From the NCBI GenBank assembly GCA_030704615.1, contig JAKLZA010000355.1, positions 1 to 29,849 on the forward strand: a stretch of DNA of 29,849 nucleotides, written 5' to 3'. Under the pieces are notes generated by a model that made no database searches, had not been told where the DNA came from, and was given only the letters and a program-made list of their open reading frames with translations. This DNA is from Takakia lepidozioides. Its lineage: Eukaryota > Plantae > Bryophyta. Of the stretch, positions 24,801 through 29,849 are shown one piece after another (the first letter of the stretch is position 1; each line of letters opens with the position of its first letter). Both the position numbers and the translations under genes were made by a program.

Positions 24801-26276
24801 AGGGGCTTCAACCACATCCGTTCAATGGGTGCAATAGCCGTGCACGCATTGCAAGATTTCTTTTTTCGCATGAACAAAACCAGATGACAACTGAACACCT
24901 CATTGCCCATCGAACAATTTTTCGATTGATCTCGTATTACATTGGACCTATCAGAGGGTACATTGAACACACTGGCCAAGTCTCAAAGCGAACGAAAATC
25001 ATTTGGATGGCAACCATCCGTTGGCCCATTGAACGAATTTCGATTGATCTCATATTACTCAGGGGCCTCTTCCATGGTACATTGAACATACAAGCCAAGT
25101 CTCAAAGCGAACAAAAATGATTTGGATGGACAACCATCCGTTCACCCATTGAATGTATTCTGTTGGATCTGCTATTACTTTACGACCTGTTGGACTGCAT
25201 TTCGCGCGCTCATGTTTTTTTTTTTCATTCCGTTTTTTATGGGGCGTGTGATGACTCCATATGCAACGTGCATGCAAAATTTGGGAGCGGTCAAAAATCA
25301 TTTGGACCCAAAACCACAATTTCTTGCCCGTTTTGCACTCCAAACTTGATTTGTGCTCTACTTCATGCACTTTTCATAGGAGAGTTCTGCAATAGTGAGC
25401 GAAGAGAACACTTTTTTTTGGGGCATTTTTTATTGGTCCAAATTTCGGCGGGGAGTAGGAGTGGGATGCTTGAAGCCGCAGAACAAAATGAGCCAAAACA
25501 AAATCGATACGTGCCAGAAACCCGGATGAAAGGCAGTGCAAACTTCTATTATATTGGCTTAAAATTAATTAAATTCAATTACATTCTGGAATGGCTTGGT
25601 GTCGATGGGGAGGCAAATGATTTATTCGTCTCTTGTGTCTTCGCACATGTGTCGCACACTGTTCAAGCACATGCGGGTAAAAGTGGGGCTTCAACCACAT
25701 CCGTTCAATGGGTGCAATAGCCGTGCACGCATTGCAGGATTTCTTTTTTCGCAATGAACAAAAACCAGATGACAATTGAACGCTCATTGGCCCATTGAAC
25801 GAATTTCGATTGATCTTGTATTACACTGGGACCTATCAGAGGGTACATTGAACACACTGGCCAAGTCTCAAAGCGAACAAAAATCATTTGATGGGCAACC
25901 ATCCGTTGGCCCATTGACAAATTTCGATGATCTCATATTACTCTGGGCCTCTTCAATGGTACATTGAACATATTGGCCTAGTCTGAAAGCGAACCCAAAT
26001 CATTTTGATGGGCAACCATCCGTTGGAGCCATCGAATGAATTTCGATTGATCTGATATAGTCCGGGACCTGTGAGAGGTGTCTCGAACGTACTGGCAAAG
26101 TTTGGAATCAAACAAAAATGATTTGATGGGCAACCATCCGTTCACCCATTGAATGTATTCTGTTGATCTGCTATTTCCTTGGGACCTGTTGGACTGCGTT
26201 TCGCGTGCTCATTTTTTTTTTTTTCATTCCGTTTTTGATGGGGCGTGTGATGACTCCATATGCACCGTGCGTGCCA
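15885..26276 (-). repeat. Satellite array on the minus strand, ~10 monomers (the first ~6 mirror 1-6012)
   Basis: GCAATGAACAAAAACCAGATGAC recurs about every 1.0 kb, with one short interval of ~890 bp (~24875-25760). The array ends mid-monomer at ...GTGCGTGCCA (~26276). Confidence 0.97.
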
Positions 26277-26403
26277 TACTATTCCACATGGATGAAAACT
26301 TAGAGGCAAATGAAAGCTGTCTTTTCGTCCATCCATTGGCTGAACCAGGTGGCACGAGTTGTTATTTCATCCATCCAGCTCGTCAGGCGAATTCCAAGAT
26401 TTT

Positions 26404-26895
26404 TCATCCATCCAAGAAGTAGAAATGCAAATAATAGCCCTTGTTGAGTGCCGTCGACTGAATAATTTGGCCCTGCTGCTTATCACCTCCATAAATCACC
26501 AAACTTGGTGAAAAACTACAATTATATACCCCGTACAGCCTATAAATTCTCATCTCCATCGTGGTAAGAAGTTGTGCTTCTCGCCATTCGTCGTATTTCG
26601 CTACACACATATTTTTGTGGTATATTTGGAAATCAAATCCCTGGTGATGGCTCTGGGGACTTTGACCCTGCCACTGCGTCCATAGATTGTCCGGAGTCCC
26701 CTCTAGTTGTCCCCGCACCGCTAACAAGTCCCACGCTTCGCCGTTTGAAGCGTCCTGACTTGCTGTCATTCCGATGCGGCCAATGGCTTTGTTGCGATAT
26801 TTCATCGCTATACATTTCGCTACACGTTCCACCAATTGCAAGCTCCTGGCATGTGTCCTACTGGACTTGAAAGGCGGGAAAAAGAGAGATCGCAA
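26404..26895 (-). CDS. Possible coding remnant, 163 aa, unrecognised
   Basis: Longest ORF in the non-satellite region with ordinary amino-acid composition. I recognise no domain, and it may be a chance ORF. Confidence 0.15.
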   Translation of the reverse strand: MRSLFFPPFKSSRTHARSLQLVERVAKCIAMKYRNKAIGRIGMTASQDASNGEAWDLLAVRGQLEGTPDNLWTQWQGQSPQSHHQGFDFQIYHKNMCVAKYDEWREAQLLTTMEMRIYRLYGVYNCSFSPSLVIYGGDKQQGQIIQSTALNKGYYLHFYFLDG

Positions 26896-27931
26896 TCTGG
26901 GAGTGGAACAGTCGTCCTGTATTGTTCGACATGATTAACCTCGCCGTTTCTGGTACCCGAATTGGCAGCCTAACCTTGCGTCGGCAGCTTCCTACGGTCA
27001 TCTTGACGCCAGAGTTCACTCCATGGTCGTCGCAGACACTGTCTAATTTCCCTACATTCTTTACCAATGATTTCCAGATAACTAACAAACTACTTTTGTT
27101 TTGGGCAGTGCAATGCCGAAACCGCTTGTCTTTACGATAAAAAACGATCTGAAAAGAAAGTGTACCAATATAGTGCATCTACACCGACATCATCGGACCC
27201 ATCCCAATCGTCGGAGTTGGCGTCCCTCGTGGCGTCGTGTCATGCACATGGTAGACGATTTCTCACACACACTAAAAAACCTGCTCCTTTGGGATATGTT
27301 CATATGCTCTATCTGGGATGGAACGGTTCAGTGCCAAAGTCTCATCAAAGAAGCTTTGAATTTTTTTGAATAGCTTAGTTTATGTCTATTGTTTGAGGAT
27401 GTTTGTGTTTTGGATGAACTTACCACAAGCAGTTAATCTGGAATACTACACTTTCTTCTCTTACTGGACGTTCCTTATTCTCTAGTTTTCAATACCTATA
27501 CTTCATTTATACTTCATGGGTTCATTCATGATCATTGACATCTCCTCAAGTGGGATAACACTAGGATGCCGCGACTTATGTGTTGCTATCAACATCTATG
27601 CTACAGCTGCAGTGGGATGATACTGCAAGGTGAGGGGATTGCCATTTTGTCAGCCATCAGCGATCAGTATGACGTGGACATACGAAAATGGCGCGTGGCA
27701 AAGGGTCGTCCATTTTTTTTCTTTCCGGGCTGCCCATAAATCCAAAGAATGATAGTCGTTTTCCCCCAGTAGGAAATGAATTAGAACACACTATATTGCT
27801 GTCAACATCGGATAACTAACATCGACACCTAACAAGGTAAGATACAAACCCTTTATCAATAAGCTGGCAAAGGCGGGGGTATGAGTTGTGGAATTAAGGG
27901 ACAACATCGTAGGCTAGATGGCCGCGGAGAA

Positions 27932-28210
27932 CACCTTCGTTGGCCAAAGGTGGAGGATGAAGAATATGATCGGGGTGAAGTTGGGAAAAATGAAATTTTT
28001 GTTTTAATAAAATAAAATAAAATAAAAATATACTAACATTGCTTTATCATCCTCCACCTTCGATGGAGAAGGTACGGGGTGAAGTGTGGAAAAATGATAA
28101 TTTTTTGGAAGCGCCATGGCTGAGCGAATGTTGTCACCTTCGTTAGTCAAAGGTGCCAGTTTTTGGGGCAGGGGCAAATGTTCGTGCTGACCTTCGTTGA
28201 CCTTCGTCAC
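27932..28210. repeat. Cluster of CACCTT-N8/9-AAGGT(G) dyad motifs
   Basis: CACCTTCGTTGGCCAAAGGTG (27932), CACCTTCGATGGAGAAGGT (28055), CACCTTCGTTAGTCAAAGGTG (28135), and half sites ACCTTCGT at ~28190 and ~28200. Confidence 0.75.
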
Positions 28211-28881
28211 TGATGGATTGAGCTGTGTATGACAGAATATGAGCTCTCCAATGTGAGAAGAATGATAGGTCGGAGGGGTTATGAAAAGAGCCAGTCGCTG
28301 CTGCATTGAGATTGGCAACAGGGTGCACACCTTCATTGTAGATGACAAGTTGCATCCCATATTAAGGATATCCATGCTAAGCTGAGAGGCATTGGGTTTT
28401 TGCAGAGCTGTATTTAACAATTTGACAACCTGCAGGTTGCGCGAAACTCTCCTCTTGCATGAGCTGCCACGCCCTGATATTCTCTCCTAGCCTTCGATGT
28501 GTGCACAGCTGCTTGACTGGAATATCTCTTTTTGGCTTTTGTTGTTTGTCGCTGGTGGGACATCTCGCCCGTCAGCCTGTCTCCTGTGGCCTGCATCCAG
28601 ACCCTACCTTTCTTCTGATCCTTGACAGCAGGTATTGTGGGATTAATGAGATAGGTTTGTGAATTTCTGGCCTTGGAGGATTTGTGTTTTTATGTAGGCC
28701 TCGGCGGTTTGTGGCTCTATGGACGTTTGGCCTTGAATGTTAAGGCGGCAGCCTCATAAGGCACCACCTGCTCTTGTTCAGGCTGGATTTGGTGTGTAAT
28801 GGATCATCTGAGGTTTTTTGCACACTTTTCATGGACCTCTTGAAAGACGGTTGTGGTAAGCCTATATGGAATCCCCCTGTA

Positions 28882-29300
28882 TTTTTGGCCTTGTCATGAC
28901 ATCAGGCCCATGACCTGCAACCTAGTTTTTATTTGCCAAAGAGGCTGGATCTCAGTTGTTAAGATGCTTGTGTGTACATGTCTTGAATTTGCAATATGAC
29001 AGGCTGATCTCACATTCCCTTGACGCCTTGTATGATTACACGTCTTGGGGTGATTCAAATGGTATGGAATCTGTTTTATCATGCCCAAGTGGATCGCTTG
29101 GAGGCATGTCCTGATTCTGAAATATTGTAGGCTGTCCTTATGCTTTGTTGATGCATGACCCTATGTAATAAAAAGCGCTAAGTAAGGTGCTGCAATCAGT
29201 GATTTTGGCCTTGCCATGATACCAGGCCCGTGACCTGCATTTAATGATTCATTGGCCAGAGGCCGGATCGCGGGTGTTCAAGATGCTGTGTCCCCTACAT
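28882..29300 (+). repeat. Diverged ~100-bp direct repeat pair (~28882-28980 and ~29203-29300)
   Basis: TTTTGGCCTTG.CATGA.A.CAGGCCC.TGACCTGCA...GAGGC.GGATC...AAGATGCT...TACATG occurs twice, ~320 bp apart. Confidence 0.8.
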
Positions 29301-29561
29301 GAACAAACCCCGCCCTCCACCCTGTTTTATCGTGATTGATCGGGTGATGTCAATTCATGGGAAGCTTGACAGAATGGAAATGTTAGATGGTGCCCTGTTT
29401 TGGGCTGTTTAATGTCTTTAATTGACAATGACCCTAGTGGGTCTTGTCCATGTCTTGACATGACATAATATCTTCCCTCTTTGGTTTGTGTTTTTTTTGT
29501 GAGTAGCACAAAAGAGAGGGAGAGAGGGAGAGAGAGAGAGAGATCAGGAAACCAAAAAAAA

Positions 29562-29630
29562 AAAAAAAGGTGTGGGGGAGAGTGACTGAGCAGCAGCTGC
29601 TTAGTCACTCTCCCCCCCCCACCTTTTTTT
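29562..29630. repeat. Near-perfect ~70-bp palindrome
   Basis: AAAAAAAGGTGTGGGGGAGAGTGACTGAGCAGC-A-GCTGCTTAGTCACTCTCCCCCCCCCACCTTTTTTT, centred at 29595. GA-rich and CT-rich flanks extend it imperfectly. Confidence 0.9.
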
Positions 29631-29849
29631 ATTTACGTTGTTTGCCCCCTCCTCCCTCTCCCTCTATAACTCTTTGGATTTCATCTAGCCTTAACCTTTT
29701 GAGGTTATTTTAGTTTTTTTCATCCCTGCCGTTTTCATCCAAATCTGGATGTCTTTTTTATTATTGGATGATGAAACTTAATACAGAAAGCGAGTTACGC
29801 ATCTATTTTTCATCTAAACTGGATGATCTAGCTAAATAATGGTTATCTA

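Noticed and set aside
27375-29480. Short ORFs as host gene exons
   Set aside because: No recognisable domain or consistent exon structure. The one minus-strand frame I translated by hand (~27375-27690) has frequent stops.

Overview
This is eukaryotic, repeat-dominated DNA, probably from a plant (the Gypsy RT resembles bryophyte elements from memory, not from a search). I recognise no host gene. Left part: ~6 copies of a ~1,010-bp satellite built on 120-bp subrepeats (1-6012); an older relative of the monomer carrying a 20-21-bp minisatellite (6013-7470); a decayed Ty3/Gypsy pol fragment (RT, RNase H, truncated integrase; ~7470-10025); and two tandem LTR-like units joined by the palindrome TGACAGCTGTCA. 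At ~10,840 the sequence folds back, so ~10,845-21,872 is the reverse complement of 1-10,840, matching monomer for monomer. The satellite then continues to ~26,276, followed by ~3.6 kb of non-satellite DNA with small hairpins and dyad motifs. The ~22-kb palindrome is the dominant feature but is most likely a fold-back read or assembly artefact: the apex is noisy, an A-rich tract has no partner, and the arms carry complementary indels. The best candidates for real biology are the foldback-like architecture of the satellite monomer, its subrepeat deletion and re-duplication, and the palindromic LTR-LTR junction inside the integrase. I see no convincing new protein-coding system.
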